Below are positions 1 to 13,847 of a DNA stretch of 64,000 bases, one piece after another. The notes under the pieces are model-generated. The model was not told where the DNA came from, did no database searches, and saw nothing but the letters and a program-made list of their open reading frames with translations. The DNA is taken from assembly GCF_009914755.1 (NCBI RefSeq), contig NC_060926.1, one strand, 5' to 3'. The position numbers and the translations under genes are program-made. The DNA is from the human T2T-CHM13v2.0 reference genome, Homo sapiens. The first letter of the stretch is position 1; each line of letters begins with the position of its first letter.

Positions 1-776
1 TGCCCCCTTTAAATATATATGTATTTAAAATCCACAGATTGGTGTTAGTGTTGGGAAGGGGGATTTCTGCTGAAACTCCACATGTGCTCCTTACTGCTGG
101 TTGATGCTTTTGATGTTCTCATCCCCTGAGGTCAGGAGAACACAGACAGGAGAGTAAGTGGCAACTGTAGCAACCCCAGGCTTTGTGACACTTCTCTCCA
201 GAAGATGCAAGGGTATTTTCTGCACATCAGCACTGGCCCTGACAGTAGAGAGTTTCTTTTCATTTACTTTAAAATGGTTCTGACAAAAACCGGGGTCTCT
301 CATTTGCAAAACCAGCTGTCTGTAGCAAAGCCGGACCTTATCTTAAGAGCCAGGCTGAGGCCACAGATGTCGTGTGGCACCTGCATGTGGAGGCCACGAG
401 TGGCCCATTAACCAGATCTGGGCTGAGGCCACTGAGTCTGCACCATGGAGCTCACTCCTGGAGGCCAGCTGCAATATTCCCACCTGGCCAGGAAGGACAC
501 TGCCCTTCTCAGTCCCAGAATGGTAATCTGAGGGCCCTCCACAACACAATGGGGCCTTCAGCCTAGGCATGGACCACTGTGGTGCTTTCCCTCTCTCCAT
601 AGGACAAATGGAGGGCCACAGGTTCCAGCAATGCCTGGAGCCCACTTGGTCCTTTAATATCCCATCTTGTCACTTCTCAGGCCCCTGCCTACTCCACCAA
701 AAGGGCTGGGGAGGCAGTCCAAAGATAGGGGTTATAGATTTATGTTAATAAATATATAATATATATTAATATGTAA

Positions 777-1087
777 TTTTATTTTTATTTTTACTTTTTT
801 AAGTGACAAAGTCTCGTTCAGTTGTTAGGCTGGAGTACAGTGGAGTGATCACAACTCACTGCAGTCTTGACCTCTGGAGTTTAAGCAAATCTCCTCAGCC
901 TCCGACTAGCTAAGACTATCGTTGTGCACCAACACATCTGGCTAGTTTTTATTTTTAAAAAACTCTTTGCAGAGACAAGGCCTTGCTTTGTTGCCCAGGC
1001 TGGTGATGAACACCTGGCTTCAAGTTGTCCTCTCACCTTGGCCTCCCAAAGTGCTGGGATTACAGATGTGAGCCACTGCATCCAGCC
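777..1087 (-). mobile_element. Alu (AluJ-like)
   Basis: T-rich tail, then ggctggagtacagtgg ... ttggcctcccaaagtgctgggattacagatgtgagccactgcatccagcc. Diverged. Confidence 0.9.
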
Positions 1088-2519
1088 CCCAGATTTTAAT
1101 TTAGTTTTATTTTCTACCTTTTTGTGATTATGTGTCTCAGTTTAACAAGCCTTTAGTTACATCTAGGTATAATCAAGGGCCTTCTGTGTGCCCAGTGGTT
1201 ATCTATGATTGGACTTTTTCTCTTCTCCCCATGTGCTCCCCCACCATTAAATTTTAAGGAGGTACTTTTTCCTTGTTACCTGCACTTTTTGAACAATAGG
1301 TTTCAGACAACTTACCCTTGTAAATTCCCTTTGAATTATGGCATTTTAACCATTTTTCACAAATATTGAACTTGAAATTTTAGAGCCATCAGGAGGGGCT
1401 GATCCTAGCAGCTCTTTTATTGAAATTATTCTATTGGTGGCAATAGGAGTTACTGGAGGGCACTGCCACCCAGAAACTGGATGAAACCAAGTCAGAAATT
1501 CTGAGTATAACTGACAAATGCTTTATAGGAATTTAGAAGGACATTGGGTAGTAGAGGGCTTGGGAAAAAGTAAATTCCCTAATTTCCTCCTCTGTGACCC
1601 ACATTTGATATAGAAATCATGATTTGTCTAGTATTGGACAGAATCACAAATAAGGATTAGTTGCCATAAAAGTTTTTCTAATTTATATTGTGAAAGAGCT
1701 GTAGTGCTGCATCAGAAAGGAGTCTCTGTTTGCTAGAAGAGCTATGTCAGCAGGTGAGGCCTAAAGCCTAAAGGCCTGAGGGGTGGTCAGGGATGGGAGA
1801 GAATGAAGTTACTCCAGACTTTCAAATTGTTCCTCACCCTTCACAAGACGGGAAGTTTCCTAAGGCTGAAGGAAGCAGCAGTCACTGAGTGCAGAATGTT
1901 TCTCTTGGTGCAGTGGGTTGTGACCACTCTCATTGTTGTTTTCTTCCTGTCCAGAGTGAAACAGGTATCCTTCAGAAATTTCATAGCATGTAGCCCTGAA
2001 GAGCACTTAGCTAGATTGTGGTGGTTTCTATATGTGTAATTGGTTAATCTGTTGAAGAGAAATAATGAAAAGCTGAGCAGTCTTTTTCTCCTCCATCAAC
2101 TCATGAGCTATGAGCTATGAGTTCTCGAGAAATGTTGGAGCATTTGACAGCAGTATTTGAATTCTCCCTTGTGTTTCTGTTGCTGAAGCTGCAGCTTCCA
2201 AAATTGCAGGGCTTCTTGACCAGCCTGCGTCTCACCATTCAGCCTTTTAGTCCATTGAATAATCTGATTCTGTCAGCAAGGCCTCAGGTTTAGATCTTAT
2301 TAGCTCTAGATAGTTTTTTAAAAATCTGCTCTCCAGAAATTTGCAGGAAGTCCCAAGATAAGAGAAAACTTCCTGTCAACAGTGCTGAATTTCATGGTGT
2401 GTGATTATTGGGAAGAAGTTGACTGAATGTTGATATGTGATACTTCTGAATTGAGGTGTGCCCAATGTAGGTCTAGGCATACATTATACTGTTGCTGCAT
2501 GTATGTAAAATTTTAAAAT

Positions 2520-3287
2520 TGGAATGGGAGAGTTCTCTGACCCCCCTCGCAGGATGTGCAATGGGTGTGGCTCATCTGTTCGGCCACCATGCTCAAACCC
2601 CTTATGGGAGGGGGAGCACACAGAAGGGCAGCTGCAGGAGCCAGGGTGAGCGCTTTTGGGCTCCAGCCCACGGTAGCGTCTAGGGGTGGGTGTCTGTGAC
2701 TCCTGAAGCCCCAGTGGGCATGTCACAATGCTCCTTTAGCTCTGCCATCTGCAGAAAGCTAAAGCGTTAACCAGCTCAGTGCCCTCTTGGTACCCAGGTT
2801 CTTGTCTGGTATCCAGGAAGTATCAGGTCACACAGACAAATTGAAGGATGGTAAATGCGGGGTGTCTTATTTCCAGGTGGAGGTGGCTCTCAGCAGATGG
2901 ATGGGGAGCTAGAAAGGGGATGGAGTGGGAATATGAACTTCGCCTGGAGTTTGGCCGTCCTGTGGCCGATCTCCTCTCTGACCATCCACAGCCAAACTCT
3001 TCTTGATGTTTAAATGCCCTTTCTCTTCTCTCCTCTGCTGTGCCACTCTTCTGCTTCTTTGCTCTTCTGCTTATCTGTTATCTGCTCATCTGCTCGAGGA
3101 GCCTGGGGTTTGGGGTTTATAATGGTACACGATGCAGGGATGCAGCAGGCCAAAAGGAAATGTTTGGGTGCAAAAACAGGAATGCCTGTTCCCATTTAGG
3201 GCCATGGGTTTCCAGGCTTGAGGGTGGGGCCTTTGCCAGGGAACTGCCTTCTTCTACCCAGTATTTCCTTGCCTCCTGTCCATATCA
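2520..3287 (-). mobile_element. ERV1 solo LTR (LTR1/LTR27/LTR28-like)
   Basis: TG...CA termini with a 4-bp TSD AAAT on both sides (2516-2519, 3288-3291). The minus strand begins tgatatggacaggaggcaaggaaatactgggtagaag, matching the recalled consensus start. TATAAA on the minus strand at 3116-3121. Confidence 0.85.
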
Positions 3288-4054
3288 AAATGAGTATCAA
3301 TACTCTGTAAGATTTTCTTTTGTTTACTTCTGTACTCTATTCTTCAATATTAGATTTAATGTATTAGTCTTGGGATTGGAATGACTATAAAGGAAGCAGC
3401 ATTTTGTATAGTAAGTTGAAAGAATCTGTAGGTTTATAGCTTTCTAAGTAAGATAGTATTCTCAGTTGTTTTTTCACATGACTAGCATTTACATTTATTT
3501 ATGTATCCAGTAATTATATGAATACCATCTATAAGTCAGCTAATGTGATAGGTAATGGAGATGAACAGAATAACATGAATTGCTTTTTCTTAAAAAAAAA
3601 AAAACTCTAACAGAGGATACAGACAAGGAAACCATTGATTTATGGTTGCCTGTGAGAAGTTCTGTGACAAGCATATACCTAATATGGGTATGTGTGTGAG
3701 AGAATCTAGGAAAGCTTCCTTAAGTAAGTAATGCTTTGCTAAATTTTAAGAAAGGGTAGTATGGCCAGGTAAAGTCAGTGGGGGAGGAAGATGACAGGGA
3801 ACACTGTGGCCAAAGCATGCAGACCCATGGAATTACAGGAAGCAGTTGTGTAGAGCTTGAGTGTAGGGTGGTGTAGGGCCTGAATCATGGAGGACAAGGT
3901 ATGCCAGGATGAGGAGTTTAGTTTGAATTCTCTAGGCAATGGGCATCCAGTGAATGCAAACAGCATTTGATACAGGTACTCAGGGTGCAGAAAACTGAAT
4001 GATTAATAGGAGGGCATTAGATGAGATTTTATGCTGATGGGAAGGAATCCCAGG

Positions 4055-4265
4055 TGAGAGAGAGAGAGAGAAAGAGAGAGAAAGAAAGAGAAAAAGACCT
4101 GGGAAAGAGAGAGAGAGAGAAGAGAGAGAAAGAAAGAAAGAGAGAGAGAGCGAGAAAGAGAAAAAGACCTGGGGGGGGGCGGGGAGAGAGAGAGACCTAG
4201 GAAAGAGAGGGGGGTGGGGAGAGAGAGAGAGAGAGAGAGAGAAAGAAAGACCTGGGAAAGAGAAG
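4055..4265 (+). repeat. GA-rich polypurine compound microsatellite
   Basis: (GA)n and (GAAA)n runs punctuated four times by GACCT(G/A)GG. Confidence 0.9.
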
Positions 4266-7200
4266 GCATATTACATGGGCCATTATCCATCTGCTTGCTT
4301 TAATTTCTTGGACAACTCCAGCATCTACTACCCAGATTTTCTTGTTGTTGTTTTTTTTTGTTTTGTTTTGTTAGTTGTCTTTGTGGCTTACCTCTTTATT
4401 TGTGTAGCCGCCCTTTCTTGTCTTTTGTTACATCTTTGATTTGGAAGTGAATTAATAAATGAATGTCAAGTGTTCCCAAATTCTGTTTTAAGAATAATCT
4501 AGATCTTTTAAAGCTTCGGTAATGTGGGCTTTAAAAAATCTGTGATTGCCCAACTGGTTTATGTCAGCATTTTGGAAAGAATATCAGTCTTTAAAGCGGT
4601 GTTAGAGATATAAACCCTCTGGGGAGTGAAGAATGCCTGGTGCATGCTAATTTTGTACTTATCCAGGTGGAAGAGAGAGAGGAATAGCCAAAGCTATAGA
4701 TAGAACAAAGGCATGTCAATTGCAACCTGGTCTCAGTTTAGGCTTAGCTCTCCTCACCAATCCCCTATCAGGATATTAGTGGCTTATTTATTTATTTTTA
4801 ACCTGTATCATATTAAGCTCTTTGACAAATCGCATTTTGATTTATAGTCTGTGCTTCTGGCATGTGCTTTAATGGCATTAGCCAACTCTAGACACATACT
4901 GAATTCATTATGTACCTTATGTATGTAAGTAGTAATACTTCCTTTTAATGAACATACGGTCACGTCAAAGTGCTGCGAGGTTGTTTTACAAAAGCATCTT
5001 TGTGTAGTGCTCCTCAGAAGTTTTGAGATGAGTATTAAGTTGAAGATTAATATGCTGTATTTTAAGTTGTATTTTAGTGGAGTAATGTATTATAATTTTG
5101 CCCTCTCCTTAAGGTGAGTAGACTATTATAGTCTGAGTCTTTGATTCTTAGGCTTTGGTTCTTAATTAGAATTCAACATTGTTGACATGTAAATTGTGAC
5201 CAGATGAATTCAAAACTCAAAAAGTAAAATTGCCTTTGAATTTGTATCCTCAGCTACGATATTGATTGAAAATCGATGAGTAACTCTTATTCTTGTTTTC
5301 TATAGGCAGTAAGAAATTCACAGAATCTATTTACAGCTATACGTGACAGCACTTAACCTTGACTATGCCTGCTAAAAGGTTTCTTGACTTTAAAATGTGG
5401 ATACTCTTCAAGATTTGAGGGCAGGGCTTCTCCTAAGGTAGAGGCAGAGAAGTAAACCAGCAACAAGTAGGGCTCAAGATCTAGCCTGTCTGATCAGGCT
5501 TCCAGACCAAGGAGTGGCAGCAGTCCAAACCACCTGTCTCTGCTGACTAGGCAATCTTAATAGCCATCCCACTCCTCATCAGTACGTGGGATCTGAGCAC
5601 AGGTCTAAGCAGATTAATAGTTTTCTTAGTGAAGTGATCCATGGAGTCAAATGCATGACAGTATCTTCAGGATTCTGTGGGAAGAGGAGGGGGTCTATGG
5701 AGGACACTAGGTCATCCCCTTGAAAAGAGAGATAGAGACCATTACTTGAGGGAAGAGCTAAGCAGAATGTCAGAGCTTTGGCTAAGCAAACAGATATGAG
5801 CAGAGTTCTAGTTCAACTAGGAGCACAGAGTGAGAACCAGATATTGGGGCAGGAACTCTTCTGTTTGACGTCTACAGTGGGAGAGACTGCACACCTGTGA
5901 GCACAGGGATTCCTTTGTGTAGGGGTTCCTTAAAGACAGATAACAGTTTATGGGCAGATAACAGTTTCCAGAGGGATGGGGCTCCCTGTATAATGCCAGG
6001 GGCTGCCAGGATTGACTTAGGATTGACTCAGGGACTGCGTGGGGCTGACCCTGCAGGTTGAATGCTGTCAGTGATTACAACAGGGCAAGGGCACCTTGAC
6101 TGTCTCAGAAACTAATAGAATCTTTCTTTGACAATAACCACTGGCGAGCATTTCCAGGAAGTCTTTGAAAATTGCTGGGAGTCTGGGCAAGAAACTCCAC
6201 TCACTGAAAGCATGGTATTTGATTCATTATAAAACAGAAGGAAAAACATTAGTAATAGACGTGGTATGTCCCAGCCTTGTATAGTTGAAAGTAAAACTAA
6301 GTCATACGTTTTCAATTTGGTGTGACATTGTCTAATTTCTAAATTTATTATTATTTTGAAATTATAGGAAATGATTAGAAGTATGAGGGTGTGCTTCTTC
6401 TGTTGTTTATTTTTCACATTTGAGTCTTACTACATGTCACCATTGTCCAGCATTTCAGAGACAAAGGGAGTATTTTTGACATTCATTAAAACTGTTTTGG
6501 TGAAAGAGCTGTATTACGGTACTATTTAATTTTTATAATAGTTTATCAGAAATGAGATTAGAGCCTATTTATTGAATTATCTTATTTTGAAACTCTCACA
6601 TATTTATTGAGTACAGATTAGAATCAAACTGTTTAGAATATTAGAAAAGTCTTTTTCAAGTACAAAGGGCAGAGATTATATCTGTAGGTAGTTCCCCCAA
6701 ACCCCCGAGGGTAAGTTTTGTTTTAAATGTTTACATGTTTTATATTGACACATTTGTTGGCTTAAAAAATATGGCAATAGCATCTAGCATAGTGCTAGAT
6801 GTATGTGGTTGCAATTTGACATTATTTTATTGATAACTATATTGTGTATAAACTTTCTTTTCATGTCTTTTTATGTGAGAGACATCAGATATTCTACTAG
6901 CTGTTAGGAGGTAGTGAAATTAAGTTGATTCTCACAGTATTTGCATCTCAGTCTTCTGCCTCAGCATGTGACCTTGCCTGTGAAGGTTCAGAATAGCTGT
7001 TTTATTATTTCGCTTAGGGTGATCGGGCTCTGGTAAATTGATTGGCACTAGCCCAACTCACAGCCTATTGAATCATGAATTTATTACTTTAGGCAACAAA
7101 TAGTTTAACACCTTCCTACATGCCATACATTGTTGTCCTTGCAGGAGGTAAACTCTTGGAGAAGATGGTGGGGGATAGAACCAAGTTCCTGCCCTTAATT

Positions 7201-7319
7201 TATTCATTCCTATGAGAAGTGAAACATTCATGTAAAACAGATGACTCAGATTGCTGTTAAAAAAAAAAAAAAATCCAGTAGGGCAAACCTATTTGAATAA
7301 CCAAATTAAGATCAGGATT

Positions 7320-7678
<359 letters not shown>

Positions 7679-9824
7679 CTATAGCTTAAAAAACAATATC
7701 TGTTAAAGATATCTTTGTCAAGTAAGTCTGAATATTTTGCTTTTATAGTTAAAAAGATAATTAAATTCTGACTTTTTCATTTCATCTTTTAGAGTCTCAA
7801 GCCCCATATAAAGTTTCCAAATAAACATTAATTCTGGGTTGCTGAGAGATGTTATTCTGATAACTGAGGAATGTTTATGATTGAGGTATTAAATAAAAGG
7901 TTATCTTAACAAAAGGAGAAGGAAGGTAAATGTAGTAGAAGGCAATCTGTTAACAATATTAGCTTCATTCTTATAATGCTTTGCAGTTTACAAATGCTTT
8001 CACATATGCTGGAATCTGATTATTTCAGCGGTTCTAGGGGATTGGTAGAGAGGCTGTTGTTAGACCTACTTAATAGATGAAACAGACTCTGATGAGGAAA
8101 GGGACGTCCCCAGAACCTGAGTTAGTGGCTGGTTGGGTCCTGAACTCACACATTCGGAGTCTCCAGCATCAGTGCTCTCTGATGGGGGCCAAGAGTTAGC
8201 CTGCTTTTCATGTAAATGCCCTAGTACACATTCCTTTCAGACAATCAGGACATTGGGTTCAGGTCAGACTGATTTGATAACAATTTGATAAGGTGTGGAA
8301 TCTTCCTGTGATTAAAGAGAGAAATCTGATAAGGTACAAGACTTACCATGAAACAGATAAAGGCTCTCTCAAAAGGCTGCCTCCAGTTAGAATTCCCCAG
8401 CTGGTCCTTGGCACATGGTTCCATGTGTTTATTATGTAGCTCACACTCGAAATCACCCCTGGGGCAGGTTGAGCCATTCCAGCATTTTGTAAAAAGTTGT
8501 GTGCATGTGCTCACACACAAATGAGGAAAAGAGGACTGAAAAAAATGGTTCTGTGAAAGTGAAAGGATTCACTTGCTTTTCCCAGTCCTATTATGAAAGA
8601 TGGTTTAGTTATATCAAAGGGCTTCTTTTGACTTGTTGTATAATTCGATTCTTGAGTTTTCAGTTGGCTTATTTGAAATTTTGTAAATTGCAATTTATAA
8701 AATTGGAGGGCCCTGAGAGATCAAGTTCCACTTGTGGCTCGAGGAATGAGGATACTGAGATTAGGGGTTAGGGCTTGCTCAGGTTTTTGTTGCAGACAGG
8801 AAAAACAAAAAATCTGGTTAACTTAAACAGAAAAGAAATTCTCTGATAGGACATTGAGCAGCAGGCAGAAATACTGGGAAGACAGAGACCTAGCTTGAAA
8901 AATAAGGGACTAAATATGATTTGTAGCAACCACAGCCACAGGCAAAATCCTGACCCACAACCAGTGCACCGAAGACTTGATTGCTCATCACGTCACGTCT
9001 TGCTGTGCCACCACTGCTGACATCTCTATTGCTGCTGCCCCTAGAAATGGGATGGTACTGCTATCATTGCATCTACCTCTGGATTAGAGGTTCTTTGGGT
9101 CACTACCTCTAGATCGAAGACTGTTGAGAGCGTCGGACTGGCAAAGCCAGGTTAAAGTTCTGTATCCCAGGGGACCGTTCTTCCTCTCCTATGGGATGGT
9201 AGAATGCCTTTCTGCAAAGCTTACAAGATAGGAGGAGGGGTTTAGACGCTAGTAAGCAAAACCAAACCATACCAAAACATGAGACAGTTATCTGCTATGG
9301 AAACATACCCATTTACTGGCTATTTAAGAGGTTAGAACTTGAGTTTTCTGAATTTTCTCAGGATGCCAAATTTATAGCTAATATAGATTTCCTTTATGAA
9401 AAGTGACAGAGGCTCTGTGGTTTGTAAGAGAAAATGAAGTCCTCTGTAGTAAGATTTAATAATTCTAATATTTTGAAACAATCCATTTTCCTATCAACAC
9501 TGTTTTCCTCTGGATTAAAAACCATTCCCCATCTTCCTATCCTTCATGACATACAGAAAAAAGAATCTTATTTTTCAGTGGTAAAAAGTGGAGAGAGAGA
9601 AAAGGAGTAAAAGAAGAACAAACAGTATTCATGCAGTGCAGAGATTAGAGGTTAGTTGTTACACATTTCAGGGTAAGTTTGCCAGATTGATGAGCAATAA
9701 AACCATTTAGAACTGGAAAATCTTCAGGGCTTTTGTTTTTAAAAGTTATTTTAGGCAATAACCACATCTTGTCGTTATAGTCTTTGCTTTCCAGCAATTC
9801 CTTTTTACCTTTTAATAATAAAAG

Positions 9825-10005
9825 CTAATATTTATTGAGAACTATTTTGTCATAGCATCATTATCTATCTCACTTCTTCCTCACAATAACTCTGTGTTAA
9901 TCTCATTACTATTCTCCTTCCACAGCTGAGAGATCAAACCTTAGATGAAGCAACTAGCATGAGATTTCATAGTTCATAGATGTGGGACTTGAACTTAAGC
10001 ATATA
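9825..10005 (-). mobile_element. MIR fragment
   Basis: taatatttattgagaact...ctcacaataactctgt...cacagctgagagatc...gggacttgaact resembles the MIR core. Confidence 0.6.
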
Positions 10006-12784
10006 CACCTGTGAAAGAAGCTTTGTAAATCTTTCTTTAACTTAAGAGAGAAAATAAGGTATGTGTAGAATGCTGTTTGGTAATATTTTAAGAAAACTGC
10101 AGAGGAAGAAGAAAGGAAGTGTGCTAGAAAATCAAAAGACTTTTGGGAGCATGTGACTCCTCCACATTAGGTAAATTTGCTCTTGTATCTCTGTTCCAGG
10201 ACAGCTAGGCCATTCTGATCTCTTTCAATTTCTGTTCCCCACAGTAGTACTTAGCTTAGTGCCTGGTGCATAGTGGGTGTTCAATAAATATTTACAAAAA
10301 TAATTAATCTCAGGCATCCTCAGGACAGTTTCCTGGGCTTAAGATGCCATGCAATTTAGAGTGCTGCTCTCAGTAAAGAAATAACTTTACCCTCAAAGCC
10401 AGGCATTTCAAGAAGGTTTATCAATGAATTTAGTGCATTTCACAAACAAGGAAGCTTACCAGGGGTTTTTAGGCCATATAACTGCATAGCCTGTGAAAGA
10501 TCTCTATAGCATGTCTTGCTTCCTGACTTTCCAACTTCACTTCAATTAATTTTGTCACATTGCTCCCTTTTCCTTTTTCTTCCTTAAACGTATAAAATGC
10601 TGTTTGTTTTTTTTTTTTTTTTTTTTTTTGGCTGTGGTCGAGAGAGAATGGATTGTCCTGGGAAAGGCACAAGGAATCTTTATTGTAAACTAATGTGTGG
10701 AACATTTTTGTACAGAAATAGCTAATGAATACCCAAAGCATGCTGTTGCTTGCTGTTTAAATGTGGTTTCATTTTTGTTCAGCTCTAGCTTCTAAGTGTC
10801 TTAAAAGGAGAAAACTTACTTTTCATTAGATTCATTTAAAACTTTTTCAAGAGAGGAAAGTCCTGAGGGTATAGAAACTTTATGTACTTAAATATATCAT
10901 GTTAAGGAACTTCACAATGTTTCGTTTATATGGGGCCAAAGACCACAGATCCACCCCGATTGCTAATTATTGAGATTGCAAATAGCTTATTTCAGAACTT
11001 AGGGTGAGACAAAGGAAACATGAAGGAACAAAAGGCCCAGGATAATGAAAAGGATATTGTGAAGAGAAAGGCCTGTAGAATTATGATGCAGGTCACATCC
11101 TGTGCCTGCATTTAATTGTACCTTTGTATTTAATAATAAAAATGATTACATGCTCACTGCTAACAGGTGTCCCTGCTTCAGAACTGTAGTATGGATAGGT
11201 GACAGCAAATTACTCCAATTCATAAACTTGGAATATTATGCTTTTATTTTGAGTTTCACCAGTCTATACTAGAATACATTTTCTGCCAAAATGTACATCA
11301 ACCCAGGAAGATTTTTAAACTTAGCCCCTGATAAATATACATAAAACATAGGTGAATATTTTAAAGTATAAATGAAAGAAAAAATCAACTTTGCCAGGCA
11401 CTTAACACATTGAGGTTGTATTAATACCATAGTCACATTTCTAGTTCTTTATATTTTATATAAGCTTTGAATGTAATGTAAATTAGCAGTGATGTAAGTG
11501 GTCTTTCTGTTAGAACTTAATTGCCTCCTTTATGAATTTTCTCTAATTCTTGCTTAACTTGAACACTTTCTGTAACTGCCTGTCCAAAATATAGCCCCTG
11601 CCCTAGGGATTTGTTCTCCTCTGTTTTTCCCTTTATTGCCATTATTGCAATAACAATGTTCTTATTAATCTGTTTGATTTTATCTGTCTTCCTCATTAGA
11701 ATGAAGTTCCATAGGACAGAGACCAAGGTAATCTTATTCTCCCTAAATCAGTGGTTGCCTAGTACCTTGACCATGCCTGGCTCATAATGTGTACCCCCAA
11801 AAATATTTGTTAAAGACATTCGTTAATCTGCCACTTACCGTCTTAATCATATACCAAAAACCCTGCTTGCTACCTTAACTTTATCACTAGCCTCCTCCCT
11901 TTGCTTATGTTTTCACCAAAGATTTTGTGGTTGAAGACATTCTATTTCCATTGTCTGTTGGGTAGCTAGGTAGAGAGATAATAGTCCCCCTTGATCCCAT
12001 GACCATAGTTGAATGGAAATTGAGGGGTTGGGGACTGTTCTTAGACTCTTTAAGCCTTGAGCACATTTCCTTTATTTGATCAGCCTCTGAACTGTGATTC
12101 ATTCATATTTGAATATCTGCTAGGTAGCAAAGGCTTTGGCAGGTACTGGGGAAGCAAATTTGAAAAAGATGCACTCTGTTCTTTTAGGAACATATCATTA
12201 GAATTGATGTCCCATAAGTCTGTAACTGTGTCTCTTTGGCTGTGCATTATAGACTCAGTTCCTAGCACAATCTCTGGTACATTACAAGTGATCAATAAAT
12301 GAGTGAATATTCCATGCAAGTATTTAGAAAATAGCTTGTGCTGTAATAAATGTATGTACAAAGTTCTCTGGAAACACAGAAGAGGGAAGGCCATTGTGTC
12401 TAAAAGGAGTCAGGGAAAGTTTCACAAAGGAAGGATTAAAAGTTGAGTTTACCAGTTTGGGTAAGATGTACCACATAGTAAGGACAACATGAGCAAGAAA
12501 TCAGAGGTGTGGAAGAGCAATATTTTATTTGAGTTTGGGCACTGCGGTCAGTCTGGAAATTTAGGACGAATGTGAAGGAGTGGTGGGCATTGAGGCTGTT
12601 GGAATCATTATTTATTCCCTTATTCAGGTACCCTATGCACTAAGTAGCTCCTGTGGCACAAACAAATCACCTTTTATTTATAGTATTTCTATAGAAAAAA
12701 GAATTGAGTTCCAAACATACAGTTTTGAAGATAGATCCTGTTTATAAATGGGGATTAACTTTAGTAGAAAATTGGCTACATTGC

Positions 12785-13285
12785 CTATATGTTATCTATT
12801 GCTGTAATTCTTCATACAGATAACCACAAACGTGAATGGCATAAAAATAATTAGGGTTTATTGTACATGCATTGGAATGCTCATCAGGTGGCTCTTCTGA
12901 TATAGTCTGGGTGGGCTGGGTGATTTTCTGTTCTCCATTGAACTTGCATTCCTCTGTGGAGGTGTTGGCTGTCTGTCAGCTGAAGTAGGATGGCTTTAGC
13001 TCAGGGGGCTACTCAACATTTGCTGTCATCTTCCTCCTGGTACCATTAGGCTAACCTGGGCATGTCCTTTTAATGACATTGGTGGAGGACAAGGGCACAA
13101 GCAGAAACATACAAGTGTTCTTTTGAGCCTCTGTTTCTGTCACATTTACCAACATTCCATTGGCCAAAACAATTTCACATGGGTGAGTTGAGAGTTAGAG
13201 TGGGGCACTGTGAGGACTCAAGGCAAAGGGCATGGCTACAGGGAGGGGTGAAGGATTGGGACAATTTTTGCAATATATTATATAG
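12785..13285. mobile_element. MaLR LTR (MLT1-type)
   Basis: gttatctattgctgtaa...aaccacaaa...tccattggccaaaac...cacatgg...ggcaaagggcatgg...ggaggggtgaaggattggg, typical MLT1 motifs. Confidence 0.65.
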
Positions 13286-13847
13286 CCCATACTGCTAATC
13301 AAATCAAAGTTTATAGATCTAACGGAAGCGTACGATTTCTGATTTCCTTGATGAAACACTTATCTTTTCAGCTTTACTGATGCCCAGTCTCTTTTTGATA
13401 GGCTGGGGGAAAGTCAGAGAAACCAGAAATGGGAAAAGGTTGAAGTGAGATCTTGAAAGGGATAGGTAATTATTAACAATTAGCTATTGCATGCATTGTA
13501 TAATTTCAGATGTACCCGGCTCATCTCCTTTTATAGGACACTGAAGCCCAAAGCAGCACAGTGTATCACCCACATTCCCCCAGCCATGTTAATGACACAA
13601 CCAAAAGTTGCAACTCAGTCATTCTAAGCCCAGAGCCATTCTCCACAATATCTTTTAAGATACATTCTCCCTAAACTGCCTCATATGCCTCCCTGACCCC
13701 GTCACTCCTCACACAAACAATCACTTTTGTAAATGGTTTATGTTTGAAAATTGCCTTGTTATCACAATTCACCATGAAGAGTGGGTTCTTATTTTGAGTT
13801 TTCCTTTTTAAGTTTACACATCATACCTTAAAGCAAAATAATCCCCT

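Noticed and set aside
91-645. Cluster of overlapping short ORFs in a moderately GC-rich stretch
   Set aside because: No recognisable domain and no convincing splice frame. Expected by chance in GC-richer DNA, possibly an old LTR that I cannot name.
4003-4290. 95-aa Ser/Leu-rich minus-strand ORF
   Set aside because: Translation of the GA/TC microsatellite.
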